Below, one piece after another: positions 51,964 through 62,821 of a stretch of 64,000 bases of DNA. The position numbers and the translations under genes are program-made. Where the stretch lies: contig CAVZPR010000002.1 of NCBI GenBank assembly GCA_963777285.1, positions 470,304-534,303 of the forward strand, written 5' to 3'. This DNA comes from Candidatus Dormiibacterota bacterium. Lineage in GTDB: Bacteria; Chloroflexota; Dormibacteria; Aeolococcales; Aeolococcaceae. Below the pieces are notes generated by a model. It was given only the letters and a program-made list of their open reading frames with translations. It did not search any database and was not told where the DNA came from. The first letter of the stretch is position 1, and the number at the start of each line of letters is the position of its first letter.

Positions 51964-53246
51964 CTAGAGGCGTGCCTGGCGCTTCAACTGCAGGTAGCGG
52001 TTGACCAGGCGCGGCGAGAGCGTGCGCGCGTCGGCGTCGATGACGTCGACACCGCTGCGCCGCAGCAGATGCAGCGTGTCGTCGCGGTCCGCGATCAGCC
52101 CCGACGCGACGGCGCGCGCGTACATCCCGGCGCCATCCGCCGGGCGCCGGTTGACCACGTCGTCGAGCGCCGGATCGCGCACCGTCACCACCAGCGGCAG
52201 GTGGCGGCGGCGCAGCCGCAAGCACTGCCGCACCAGCGCGGTGCCCTGGTCGGGATCGATGACGTCGGTGAACAGCACGACGAGCGCGCGCCGCGTCTGC
52301 CACGTGCTCAGGAACGACAGGCCGTCGTCGTAGTCGGCCTCGGTCTCGCCGGCGCGCAGCGGGCGTACGGCGTCGAGAAACCGGCGCAGCTGCAGCGCTC
52401 CCGCGCGTGGTCGCAGCGTCACCGACACCGTGTCGGCGAACGCCATCAGGCCGGCGCGGTCGCCGCTGCGCAGCGCGACGTGCACCAGCAGCAGTGCCGC
52501 GTTGATCGCGTGGTCGAGCTTGGTGAGCTCTCCTGCTCCGACACCCATGAGACGGCCGCAGTCGAGACACACGATCACCGGCTGCGCGCGCTCCGGCATC
52601 AGCTCCGTGGCCATGAGCCGGCCGGCCCGGGCCGTCGCCTTCCAGTTGATCGCGCGCAGCGAGTCGTCGGGCACGGCCTCGCGGACGCGTTCGAACTCCG
52701 TTCCCTCCGTGCGCAGTCGCAGGGTGCGCACGCCCAGCTCGGCGAGCTGGCCGCGACGCGCCAGCGCCTCGTACACGCGAACGGCCGAGATGTTTGCCTC
52801 GACCGGGACCGCCGCGGGGGCATTCACCGCTGCCTGGCGCCAGCCCAGCCGCCACGGCCCGTCGACGCGCACCACCGTGCGGCCCAGCTGCAGCCGGCCG
52901 CGGCTTCGCGGCGTGACGGTGTACGTGACCCGCGCCGGCAGCCGCACGCGCCACTCCGTGGCTGAAGGATGCGCCGCGGGCGGGCACTCCTCGCGCACCC
53001 GCGCATTGCGACCGCCGCGCGCCCTCACGCTCAGCCCGACGACATTGGCGGCGCCGACGGACAGCATCTCTTCATGCGTGCGCTCGGCGGTGACGGCGCC
53101 ACCGTGCGACGCACGCAGGACGTCGACGAGCACGATCAGCGCAGCGGCGCCGAGCAGCGCCAACCCCGCCAGGTACAGCGCTGGCACCGCCGCACCCGCC
53201 GCGATGAGCGTGGCCGGCGGTGCAAACAGCGCAGTGCCACGCCAAG

Positions 53247-53250
<4 letters not shown>
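51964..53250 (-). CDS. DUF58 (VWA-related) protein
   Basis: GTEFERVRE, D.LRAINWKATAR, LDCGRLM, KLDHA, GDRAGL, LFTD. Confidence 0.9.
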
Positions 53251-54193
<943 letters not shown>

Positions 54194-54197
<4 letters not shown>

Positions 54198-55367
54198 CCG
54201 CGCAATTGTGCGGGCAGGGCCAGGCCCCTCGACAATTCGCGTTGGAGCGAGTCGACGTCGCGCGCGAGCTGGAGCAGCGCCGCCTCGTCGGGCCGGCCTG
54301 CCTGCAGCTGCCGCGCGCGTGCCAGGAGCCTGGCGACGGCCGTCGCCGGGTCCGGCTGCGAGGCCCTCAATGCGGCGATGAATGCGTCGTCGTCGAAGTG
54401 CGGGTCGATCCCGGTCACAGCGCCGGCGCGGCGCTTCAGCTCGTCCGCGTACCGCGCTGCTACGTGGCCGCGCCGGCGCGAGCGCGACAGCAGGTCCCCC
54501 ATCGCCTGCACGTAGCCCGCGGCGCTGGGCACGGTCACGGTGGCGTCCGGGGCGTCCGGTCTCCCCAGGCGGCGACCGTTGAGCGCCAGCGCCGCCAGGA
54601 CCACCACAACGACGACGGCGGCGGCGACACCGATGGGACCGTTGAACACCGTGCCCGCGCCGCCGCCCGTGCCGCCACCTTCGCCGTGATGGAACTCGTC
54701 GACGCCGATGCGTCCGCCGCGAGCGCGTTCCAGCAGCGAGAGCAGGAACATCGCGGAGTCGCCGCGGCGCAGCCCATCGTTCGACAGCGGCGCGGTGTCA
54801 CCGATGACGTAGGCGCGGCCCTTCTCGTGGACCACCGCCCCCGCCACGGTCGCACCTCCCTCCTGCAGCAGCGGCACCAGCGGCGGCGTGTCGAGGAACG
54901 AAAAGCCGGCTGCCACGGGGACGCTGTGCACGCGGTCGCCAGGATCGAAGGGCTGCGCCGGACGGGCCGTGCCGCCCGGCTCCGAGTTCGGACAGGGCCA
55001 CGTGCAGCTGCTGCAGCAGGGGCTGGGCCACGGCAAGGCTCTCCGGGCCCACGGCGACGATGACGTCGCCGCCGCTGTCCAGATGTCCCGAGATCGCAGA
55101 GAGGTCGTCGGCGCTGAAGTCGGTTTCCGGGTCGTACTCCAGCAGCACGTCCACGCCGCTGAGGTCGAAGCTGCCGCTGATACGGGTGACGTCGAGGCCG
55201 AGGTGCTGCAGCCACGTGTACAGCGCCAGCGTCCCCAGACGGCCGGCCGACCGGGACGAGGGGTCCGTGTCGTCCGACGGCGGCGCGCTGATGGCAACAG
55301 CGACGATGCCCAGAGCCACCAGCGCGCCCAGCAGGATCAGCAGCGGCTGCAGTGCTCGCCGGCTCAC
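54194..55367 (-). CDS. DUF4350-domain protein, split by a +1 frameshift at ~54987 (probably a sequencing error)
   Basis: N-part (TM, SSRSAGRLGTLALYTWL) lies in ORF 54798-55763 and C-part (LSNDGL, DEFHHG, RRLG) in ORF 54194-55297; deleting one T in GAGTTCG 54984-54990 fuses them. Confidence 0.82.
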
Positions 55368-56296
55368 GGCGCCACCGGCCGGCGGCGTCGCGCCAGGGCC
55401 CGCACGGCTTCGCAGCGCGAGCGCGCCTGCTCCCACATCACCGCGTCGACTGGCTCGCCCGAGTACCAGGCATGGTCGAACGCGGCGGCCGCCGGGGCGA
55501 GCGCGGCGAGCATGTCCGGGTCGGCCTCCAGCGAGCGCAGCAGCTCCCGTGTGGTCCAGGCGTTCTCGAAGCGCCCCCCGCCGCGCACTGCGACATCGAG
55601 GAGCGCGCCGCGGAAGGCACGACGCACCGCTTCCCGATGTTCGCCCCGCGCTGCTGCGGCGCGAGCCGCGCTCCACTCCGCGTCCGGGTCGTCGCCGGGC
55701 GACGCCGGCTCCAGCGCGATCGCGGCGGCGCGAGACCCGAGCACGCCGCGCAGCCGCCACCATGCCAGCGCCAGCGCGCTGCCCAACACGGCAATTGCCA
55801 GCAGGATCGAGCCCGGCACGCCGAGGGCGCCGGTGAGGTGATCGATGAGCGACGCGAGGAACGCGAGGATGCGGCCCAGCAGGCTGGGCTGCACGTTTTG
55901 GTCCAGATTGGCGAAAACCGGCGAGGCATAGACGTCATGAAGAGCCGACCGAGCCCCGGAGGGATCGATGTGGCAGGTCGACCCGGGAGCGACGGCGAGC
56001 GCAGCAGCGAGCACGTCGAGCCGTTGCTGCGCATCCCCCACCTGCGGCGGTGCGGCGCGCAGGTCGTCGACCACCGGGGTCAGGATCCCGGGTTCCGGCG
56101 CATACCTCGCCTGCAGCCCCTCCAACTCCGAGACGGCCTCCGCCACGTCGGGCCGCGGCCCCGCCAGCACGCGCGCGGCGGCCTGCAGCCCGCTGATGTA
56201 CTGCAACGTGGTGCATGCTGCGGCCGCGGCCCCGCCCGGCGGTGACAGCGCTGCAGCGGTCGCCGCCACGGCGAGTGCCGCGAGCGCTCGCCTCAC
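55364..56296 (-). CDS. DUF4129-domain protein
   Basis: Signal, TM, AAAARGEHREAVR, WTTREL, FDHAWYSG; GTG 56296 overlaps the upstream stop. Confidence 0.8.
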   Translation of the reverse strand: MRRALAALAVAATAAALSPPGGAAAAACTTLQYISGLQAAARVLAGPRPDVAEAVSELEGLQARYAPEPGILTPVVDDLRAAPPQVGDAQQRLDVLAAALAVAPGSTCHIDPSGARSALHDVYASPVFANLDQNVQPSLLGRILAFLASLIDHLTGALGVPGSILLAIAVLGSALALAWWRLRGVLGSRAAAIALEPASPGDDPDAEWSAARAAAARGEHREAVRRAFRGALLDVAVRGGGRFENAWTTRELLRSLEADPDMLAALAPAAAAFDHAWYSGEPVDAVMWEQARSRCEAVRALARRRRPVAP

Positions 56297-57423
56297 AGCG
56301 ACTGGGCGAGCATCTCGATGTCGAATCCTTCCTTGCGGATCCGCGTGTCGTAGTAGAGCAGCGTGACCGCGATGTACGTGATGGGTCCGACAAAGACGGA
56401 GATGATGGCGCTCGCGACCTCGTCGACGACGAACTGTCCCTGCGCGTCGAGGCTGGCGCCGGCGAGGCTGAGCAGCGTGGTCAGCACGCCGCTCACGATG
56501 ACGGTGATCAGCAGGATCAGGAGACGGATGCCGAGGAGTCGCCAGCCGAGGCCGCGGGTGAGCGCCCAGCTGCGCACCAGCCCGGCCCAGCCCGACAGTC
56601 CCTCGAGGACGATCGCCGGTGCGGCCAGCGAGGTGCGCACGTACGCGAAGATCCCCAGCGCGGCGGCGCCCAGCGCCACCAGCAGTGCGAGGAGCACCCC
56701 CAGGCCACCGCCGAGCACGCCGAACAGGAAGGCGAGCAGCACCAGCGCGGCGATGAGAACGACCGTGCCGCCGAGGAGGATCAGGCTCTGCACGATCAAG
56801 GCGCCGAGGCGCCGGATCGCGGCGCGATACGAGGCGCCCAGCGAGGTGTCGCGATCCAGGTAGCGGTCGCTCACCGCCCGCGTGGTCGCGGCCTCGGCCA
56901 GCGGCAGCACCACGAACAGCGAAAGCAGTCCCAAGACGAGCACGACCAGCGCGATGCCGCCGAGCGCGTTCTCCAGCGTCTGCAGCTGATCGGGCGTCAG
57001 CGTCTGTCCTGATCCCGGCGCAGGGGTGAGCCCGCGAAATGGGCTCGAGACCAGCGACGAGATGCCGCGAAGCTCGTAGAGGACGAACTGGACCACCGCG
57101 TACGGCACCTGCACCACCGCGCTGATGGCTGCGATGAGCAGGAAGTTGCGGCGGTACAGCGAGAAGATCGCGTCGAGCAGCTCGCCAACGCTCAGCGAGC
57201 GAAAGCGCCCCGATCCCACCTGGCCCCTGAACGCACCCCCGCCTGGCGGCGGATACGCCCAGCCGGCTCCGGGCCCGTAGCCGGGCGGCGGCGGCCAGCC
57301 GCCAGGAGGCGGCGACCAGCCGGGCGGCACGTATGGAGGCGGCGCGGGATACCCGGCCGGCGCTCCGCCGGTCGCCACCGGCGGATGCGGAGGCGGCTCC
57401 GGTGGTCGAGCGGCGTCGGCCAT
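56293..57423 (-). CDS. Multi-TM membrane protein (GPDPase-membrane-domain-like) of the MoxR/DUF58 cluster
   Basis: RSLSVGELLDAIFSLYRRNF, IVLEG, RSWAL, LLYYDTRIRKEGFDIE. Confidence 0.82.
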   Translation of the reverse strand: MADAARPPEPPPHPPVATGGAPAGYPAPPPYVPPGWSPPPGGWPPPPGYGPGAGWAYPPPGGGAFRGQVGSGRFRSLSVGELLDAIFSLYRRNFLLIAAISAVVQVPYAVVQFVLYELRGISSLVSSPFRGLTPAPGSGQTLTPDQLQTLENALGGIALVVLVLGLLSLFVVLPLAEAATTRAVSDRYLDRDTSLGASYRAAIRRLGALIVQSLILLGGTVVLIAALVLLAFLFGVLGGGLGVLLALLVALGAAALGIFAYVRTSLAAPAIVLEGLSGWAGLVRSWALTRGLGWRLLGIRLLILLITVIVSGVLTTLLSLAGASLDAQGQFVVDEVASAIISVFVGPITYIAVTLLYYDTRIRKEGFDIEMLAQSL

Positions 57424-57536
57424 GGCAATACATTGTGAGACCGCCCGGCTGGCGCAGAACCGGAGCTATCCTGACGCCGCGCCATGAATGAGCTGCTTGC
57501 GGTGATCGTCACGCCCCCCGGCGGCCGCCGACCCGC

Positions 57537-58913
57537 ATGAGGGCGCTGGTCGTCGATCCCACGCTGGCGCAGCCGCCCAAGCGGCGCTTTGGGGGCCGCA
57601 CCCCGGTCCAGCACTTCCCCGTGGAAGTGCGTGAGATCGGCACTCCCGTGCCACCGGCGCCCGGCTGGGCGCTGGTCCGCCCCGGGCTCGCGGGCATCTG
57701 CGGAACCGACGTGGCGCTGCTCCAGGGCCTGAACTCGCCGTCGGTGCTCAGCGCCTACGACTCACCGGGCCCCGTGGTGCCCGGCCACGAGGTGGTGGGC
57801 GTGGTGGAGCGCGCGGCGGGCACGCGATGGGCGCGCGACGGCCAGCGCGTGATCGTCGAGCCGACCCTTCGCTGCGTGCACAAGGGCCTGCCCGAGTGCC
57901 GCCGCTGCCAGGCGGGCGACACCCACCTGTGCGAGAACCGTGACCGCGCCGGAGCGCTGTGCTCCGGTCCCGCGATCGGGTCGAGCGAGCGCGCCGGGGG
58001 TGGCTGGAGCGAAGGGTTTCTGGTTCACGAGGACATGCTGCTGCCTGCCGACGGCATCTCCGACCAGCGCGGGGTGCTCGCCGAGCCGGCGGCTGCGGCG
58101 CTGCATGCCGCGCTGCGCTGGCAGCGTCGCGGCGACCAAGCGGTGGTCATCGGCAGCGACACGCAGAGCCGGCTGATCGTCGCCTCGTTGCGGCGCCTGC
58201 ACCCCGACCTCGACATCACGCTGCTGTACGACTCGCGCAGCTCCACCCGCGACCACGGCGGGCGTCGCGGCCGCAAGCCCATGCACCAGCCGGCCGACCA
58301 GGACGCCAGCTTCGCGCAGTTCAGCGCGCTGGGCGCATCGCGAGTTCGCCGCGGGCACCCGATGCAGCTGCTCCTCGACGTGGCGGCGCAGACCGGGGCG
58401 CGCGCGATGCGCCCGCACGACGGCGGGATGCCGGTGCTCGACGGCGGCGTCGACGCCGTCTTCGACTGCGTGTCCAGCGTCGCCAGCATCGATCTCGGCA
58501 TGCGGTTGCTGCGCGGCGGGGGCACGTTGGTGCAGTGCAGCCGTTCGGAACGTCTGGAGGCGGAGTGGCCGCTGCTCTGGGCGCGCGAGCTGACGGTCAT
58601 CGGTTCGTCCCGCTACGGGCGCGAGAAGAGCGGCCACCGCACCTTCGCCGTGGTGCGCGAGTGGCTGAGTGATGCGACGTTTCCGGTCGATGCCCTGGTG
58701 ACGCACCGCTTCCCGCTGGAGGAGTACGAAGCCGCGCTCGAGACGGCGACGGCAGGGGTGACGGCCGGCGCGGTCAAGGTCGTGTTCCAGGGATCGGCGG
58801 CCTCCTTGCGGCCGCGCGCCGAGGACGATGTCGCCAACATTGACCTCAACGGCGACGAGCCGCTGCTCCTGCACGCGACGGCGGCGCGCACCCGCGCCGG
58901 CCGCCGGCCTTAG
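57537..58913 (+). CDS. Zinc-binding dehydrogenase (MDR family) with degenerate nucleotide-binding motif
   Basis: GICGTD, PGHEVVG, four-Cys structural Zn loop, LAEP, LVTHRFPLE; VIGSDTQS in place of GxGxxG. Confidence 0.85.
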   Translation: MRALVVDPTLAQPPKRRFGGRTPVQHFPVEVREIGTPVPPAPGWALVRPGLAGICGTDVALLQGLNSPSVLSAYDSPGPVVPGHEVVGVVERAAGTRWARDGQRVIVEPTLRCVHKGLPECRRCQAGDTHLCENRDRAGALCSGPAIGSSERAGGGWSEGFLVHEDMLLPADGISDQRGVLAEPAAAALHAALRWQRRGDQAVVIGSDTQSRLIVASLRRLHPDLDITLLYDSRSSTRDHGGRRGRKPMHQPADQDASFAQFSALGASRVRRGHPMQLLLDVAAQTGARAMRPHDGGMPVLDGGVDAVFDCVSSVASIDLGMRLLRGGGTLVQCSRSERLEAEWPLLWARELTVIGSSRYGREKSGHRTFAVVREWLSDATFPVDALVTHRFPLEEYEAALETATAGVTAGAVKVVFQGSAASLRPRAEDDVANIDLNGDEPLLLHATAARTRAGRRP

Positions 58914-59107
58914 CGGGGGACCGCTTCGCCCGGGTCGCGCCCGTCGCGGCTGCGCTTGCCGCGGCGCGTGGCGATCGCCGGCAGCAGCCGGCGCACGCCG
59001 GCGTTGTCGACCACCATCCGCGTCTCGCGCTTGCGGTCGCGGTGCCGGATGCGCGCTCGCTCCTTCTCGGGAACCTCGAACTCGTCGCCAGGCGATGGCT
59101 CGGCCAC
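58910..59107 (-). CDS. Small basic hypothetical protein
   Basis: GTG just after the anti-sigma stop; RIRHRDRKRETRMVVDNAGVRRL; fills the gap in the sigma operon. Confidence 0.45.
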   Translation of the reverse strand: MAEPSPGDEFEVPEKERARIRHRDRKRETRMVVDNAGVRRLLPAIATRRGKRSRDGRDPGEAVPR

Positions 59108-59112
59108 GGCGG

Positions 59113-59436
59113 TCAGGCCGGCTGCAGGCGCTGCTGCCGGCGGCCGCGAGCCAGGGCGACGCCGATCGTCACAGCCGCCGCCGCGGCAACCGTCGCTCCG
59201 CCGATGAGCGCCGCCGTGCGGGGACGCGGGCGCAGGCGTCGCCAGGCGGGTGTGCGCGAGCGGTCGGCAATCTCCGTCATGCGCGCCCGGATGGCGCTGC
59301 GTTCCGCCGCCGTGAGCTGCCACGCCGCCAGCGAGCGCACCACCTCGGCGGCGACATCGACGAGCGCCTGGACCTCGGGGCTCATGACGCCGCCGCGCTG
59401 CAGCGCATCGTCGAGCAGCTGCGCCTGGTCGCTCAT
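59113..59436 (-). CDS. Putative membrane-anchored anti-sigma factor
   Basis: ATGA overlap with the ECF sigma; short helical cytoplasmic part plus one TM helix. Confidence 0.6.
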   Translation of the reverse strand: MSDQAQLLDDALQRGGVMSPEVQALVDVAAEVVRSLAAWQLTAAERSAIRARMTEIADRSRTPAWRRLRPRPRTAALIGGATVAAAAAVTIGVALARGRRQQRLQPA

Positions 59437-60020
59437 GCCGAGGATCCCTGCGCCCGCTCGTTCCGCTCTGCAGGCAGCGGCGCGCCCAGCCTGCGGCGGA
59501 GATTGGTCAGCGCGCGGAAGGTGAGCAGCTTCACAGCGCCCTCGCTGCGCTGCATGATCTCGGCGATCTCGCGATTGCGCAGCTCACCGCCGAAGCGCAG
59601 CACGACCGCCTGCCGCTGGTCGGCTGGCAGGGCTGCGACCGCGGCGCGCACCGTGGCCGCCCGGTCGTGCGCCTCGACCTCGAGCAGCGGGTCTGGCCCG
59701 TCCGCCATGAGCTGCGGCTCCAGCTCGATCCAGCCGGGACGGCGCCGCTCTCGGGTCACCAGGTTCGCCGCGACGCGATAGAGCCACGCCGAGTACGGCA
59801 CGCCACGCCATTCGAAGCGCGGCAGCTCCTCGATCGCCTTGGCGAACGTCGCTGCGGTCACGTCCTCTGCCTGCTCCCTGTTCTTGGTCAACATGTACAC
59901 GTATCCGAAGATCTGGTCCACGTAGCGCTCGTACAGCGGCGCGAAGGCCGCCCGGTCGCGCTGCGCGGCCAGAATCTGCCGGCGCTCCTCCTCGAGCTCA
60001 GCGGCGGTGCGATGCGGCAT
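59433..60020 (-). CDS. ECF RNA polymerase sigma-70 factor
   Basis: AFAPLYERY, AEDVTA, SAWLYRVAAN (region 2), LPADQRQAVVLRF, EIAEIM..SEGAVK (region 4). Confidence 0.93.
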   Translation of the reverse strand: MPHRTAAELEEERRQILAAQRDRAAFAPLYERYVDQIFGYVYMLTKNREQAEDVTAATFAKAIEELPRFEWRGVPYSAWLYRVAANLVTRERRRPGWIELEPQLMADGPDPLLEVEAHDRAATVRAAVAALPADQRQAVVLRFGGELRNREIAEIMQRSEGAVKLLTFRALTNLRRRLGAPLPAERNERAQGSSA

Positions 60021-60103
60021 CAGCGCAGCATCGCTCGCGAAGCGCGCATGACCCAGAAGTGGCGAGCGCGAGCAGCGTTACGCAATGAGCAGTCCTCCCC
60101 GCC

Positions 60104-60260
60104 TTGGGGCTCGGCACGCAATGACGGGTCCTGCCGCCTTCGGGTACCCCCCGCGCGGCTCCTCGGGAATCGCCGCGCGGGTTCCTCCCCTCCGGCGTCA
60201 CCCGTCATTGGCGCAACGAGCGTGAAGCGGTGGGGCCCGTCATTGGGCAACGAGCCCCAG
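60104..60260 (+). repeat. Long imperfect inverted repeat folding over the kbl stop codon, with internal direct repeat
   Basis: 60104-60137 pairs with 60227-60260; 60201-60221 duplicates 60236-60255; internal CCGCGCGG hairpin. Confidence 0.78.
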
Positions 60261-61460
60261 TTGCGCGCCCGCATCTGCGAACGCTTCGAGGGCGCGATCC
60301 AGCTGCTCGCGCGTGTGCGTGGCGGTGACGATGGTGCGCACCCGCGCCTGGCCGCGTGGCACGGTCGGGAACCCGATGCCCTGGGCGAAGACGCCGCGTT
60401 CCATGAGCAGGTCGGAGAGCTGCATCGCCACCGGCGCCTCCCCGCACATGACCGGCGTGATCGGCGTCTCGCTGCGACCGAGGTCGAAGCCCAGGCTGCG
60501 CAAGCCTTCCTTGAAGTGCCGCGTGTTCGTCCAGAGCTGCTCGATCAGCTGCGGCTCGGACTCCAGCACGTCGACCGCTGCGATGCAGGCCGCCACCGTG
60601 GACGGCGGATGGGACGACGAAAAAAGGAACGGGCGCGCCTTGTGAATCAGGTGATCGCGCACCGCTTGCGACGCGCAGACGTATCCCCCCACAACACCCA
60701 CCGCCTTGCTCAGCGTGCCGATGTTCAGCGCCACGCGTCCGTGCAAACCGAAATGGTCGGTGGTGCCGCGGCCGTTGCGACCCAGGACACCGGTCGCGTG
60801 CGCGTCGTCGACCATGACGGCCGCTTCGTACCGCTCGGCCCGCTCGACCAGAGCGTCGAGAGGTGCTATGTCACCGTCCATGCTGAAAACACCGTCGCTC
60901 ACCAGCAGGATGCGGCGGTATCCCTTCTCGCGTGCCTGGCGCAGCGCGCGCTCGGCGTCGTCGACGTCGACGTGCTCGTAGAGCAGGCGGTCGGCCTTGG
61001 TGAGCCGGATGCCGTCGATGATGCTGGCGTGATTCAGCTTGTCACTGACGACGCAGTCGCCCTGCTCGAGCATCGAGCCGAGCACGCCGACGTTCACCGT
61101 GTAGCCGCTCTGGAAGGTGAGCGCCGCCTCGGTGCGCTTGAACGCCGCCAGCCTACGCTCCAGCTCCTCGTGCAGCGTCTGCGTCCCCGCGATGGTGCGC
61201 ACCGCGCCGGTTCCCGCGCCCCACTCCGCCGCGCTGCGCTCGGCGGCCTCGATGAGCTTCGGATGCGTGTTCAGCCCCAGGTAGTTGTTGCTGGAGAGGC
61301 TGATCAGCGGCCTGCCGCCGATCACGACCTCGGGGCCCTGCGCCGACTCGAGCACGCGCAGCGGGCGGAACAGCCCGTCGCGGCGGAGCGCCTCGAGATC
61401 ATCGTTGAGCGACGCATCCAGCGCCTGCACGGCGGTCGACGTCTGTGTGTCAGTGATCAT
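60240..61460 (-). CDS. kbl: Glycine C-acetyltransferase (2-amino-3-ketobutyrate CoA ligase)
   Basis: SSNNYLGL, GAVRTIAG, NHASIIDG, DGVFSMDGD, DDAHATG, GTLSKA; next to tdh. Confidence 0.9.
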   Translation of the reverse strand: MITDTQTSTAVQALDASLNDDLEALRRDGLFRPLRVLESAQGPEVVIGGRPLISLSSNNYLGLNTHPKLIEAAERSAAEWGAGTGAVRTIAGTQTLHEELERRLAAFKRTEAALTFQSGYTVNVGVLGSMLEQGDCVVSDKLNHASIIDGIRLTKADRLLYEHVDVDDAERALRQAREKGYRRILLVSDGVFSMDGDIAPLDALVERAERYEAAVMVDDAHATGVLGRNGRGTTDHFGLHGRVALNIGTLSKAVGVVGGYVCASQAVRDHLIHKARPFLFSSSHPPSTVAACIAAVDVLESEPQLIEQLWTNTRHFKEGLRSLGFDLGRSETPITPVMCGEAPVAMQLSDLLMERGVFAQGIGFPTVPRGQARVRTIVTATHTREQLDRALEAFADAGAQLGLVAQ

Positions 61461-61481
61461 GCAGCCAACGATAGCGCCGGA

Positions 61482-61735
61482 TGACCCTGACGCTCCGGCT
61501 GTCTGCCGAGACGCACGACGCAGCTGAGGGTCGGGTCATTTGGCGGCAGCGGCACACCGCTTCGCGAGGCACGCGGTCGGACCCCCGCTGGGGGCCCGCC
61601 GCTCGCACTCGGCTCGCGGCGCGCTCCGAGTCGTTCCGGCTCGCCTCCGTGACGGCCTCGCTCCGGGCGTGCCGCCTCCGCCGACAGACGCGCTCGCCCG
61701 TCGTGCGTCCGGCCGTCAGTCGGGCGTCAGGGTCA
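61482..61735 (+). repeat. ~250-nt branched inverted repeat folding over the tdh stop codon
   Basis: 61482-61520 pairs with 61699-61735; inner 61541-61555 pairs with 61669-61683; further small hairpins inside. Confidence 0.78.
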
Positions 61736-62744
61736 CCTTGCCGCAGTCGCCGGACTTCATGAGTGACATCGCGGCGTCGATGTCGTGCATCGCGAAATGG
61801 TGCGTGATCAAGGATGAGACGTCGACCGCTCCGTCGCGCACGTAGGCTGTGGACCGCTCCCAGGTCGAGGGCAGCTTGCGGCCCACGACGCCGTACAGGC
61901 TCAGGCCTTTCATCACCACGTCGTTGGACAGGTCGATGACGTCCGGACCGTCGCCGATGCCCAAAAGGCTGATCCAGCCGCCGGGGCGCACCACGCGCGT
62001 GGCCGAGGACACCGCCATGGGCGAACCGCTCATCTCCAGCGCGCAGTCGATGTCGCCGCCGGCGGCGCCACGCACGTCGTCGTCGACCGGTGCGTCGCCG
62101 GCGCGCACGATGGCGTGCGCTCCCATCCGCTCCGCGAGGTGCAGCCGGTAGTCGTTGCGGTCCACGGCGATCACGCGCGCGGCGCCCTGGACGCGGGCAA
62201 CCGCTATCGCGGCGCATCCGATGGGACCGCAGCCGAACACCACGACGGTGCGCCCGGCCAGCTCACCATACGAACAGGCATGCACGGCATTGCCCAGCGG
62301 CTCCATCGCCGCGGCGACCTCGGGCGCCACGGAATCGCCCACCGGCCAGACGTTCGCGGCGGGCAGCGCGACCGCCTTGGCGAAGCCACCGTCGACGTCC
62401 ACGCCGAGAATGCGCGTGTTCTCGCAGACGTGGTAGTCGCCGCGGCGGCACTCCTCGCAGTGCCCGCAGACGATGTGAGACTCGACGGCGACGCGGGTTC
62501 CCAGCGCCGGGCTGCGCACGCCCTCGCCCCACGTCACCACCTCGCCGCACACCTCGTGGCCGACGATGCGCGGCGGATGCACGCGCATCTGCGCCCAGGG
62601 ATTCCAGTCGTAGAGGTGCACGTCGGTGCCGCACACAGAGGCCGCCACGATGCGCAAGACGACCTCGCCGGCGCGCGGCTGCGGCTCATCGACCTCGCCC
62701 AGCGTGAAGCCCGCGCCCGGAGTTGCTTTCAGCACAGCCTGCAT
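61716..62744 (-). CDS. tdh: L-threonine 3-dehydrogenase
   Basis: SVCGTDVHLYDW, GHE, ESHIVCGHC, EPLGNAVH, GCGPIG, EMSG, CGKV. Confidence 0.93.
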   Translation of the reverse strand: MQAVLKATPGAGFTLGEVDEPQPRAGEVVLRIVAASVCGTDVHLYDWNPWAQMRVHPPRIVGHEVCGEVVTWGEGVRSPALGTRVAVESHIVCGHCEECRRGDYHVCENTRILGVDVDGGFAKAVALPAANVWPVGDSVAPEVAAAMEPLGNAVHACSYGELAGRTVVVFGCGPIGCAAIAVARVQGAARVIAVDRNDYRLHLAERMGAHAIVRAGDAPVDDDVRGAAGGDIDCALEMSGSPMAVSSATRVVRPGGWISLLGIGDGPDVIDLSNDVVMKGLSLYGVVGRKLPSTWERSTAYVRDGAVDVSSLITHHFAMHDIDAAMSLMKSGDCGKVTLTPD

Positions 62745-62821
62745 GGCGCGGTGATTATGGGCTCCGCGGTAGCCGGCGACGGTCCGCTGCGCGTCCGCGC
62801 CGTCCATCGACACTGCCGCGG

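Noticed and set aside
60020-60274. Small ORFs across the hairpin spacers (also 61481-61762 and 4603-4884)
   Set aside because: Arg/Pro-rich translations of palindromic DNA with no RBS or protein-like pattern.
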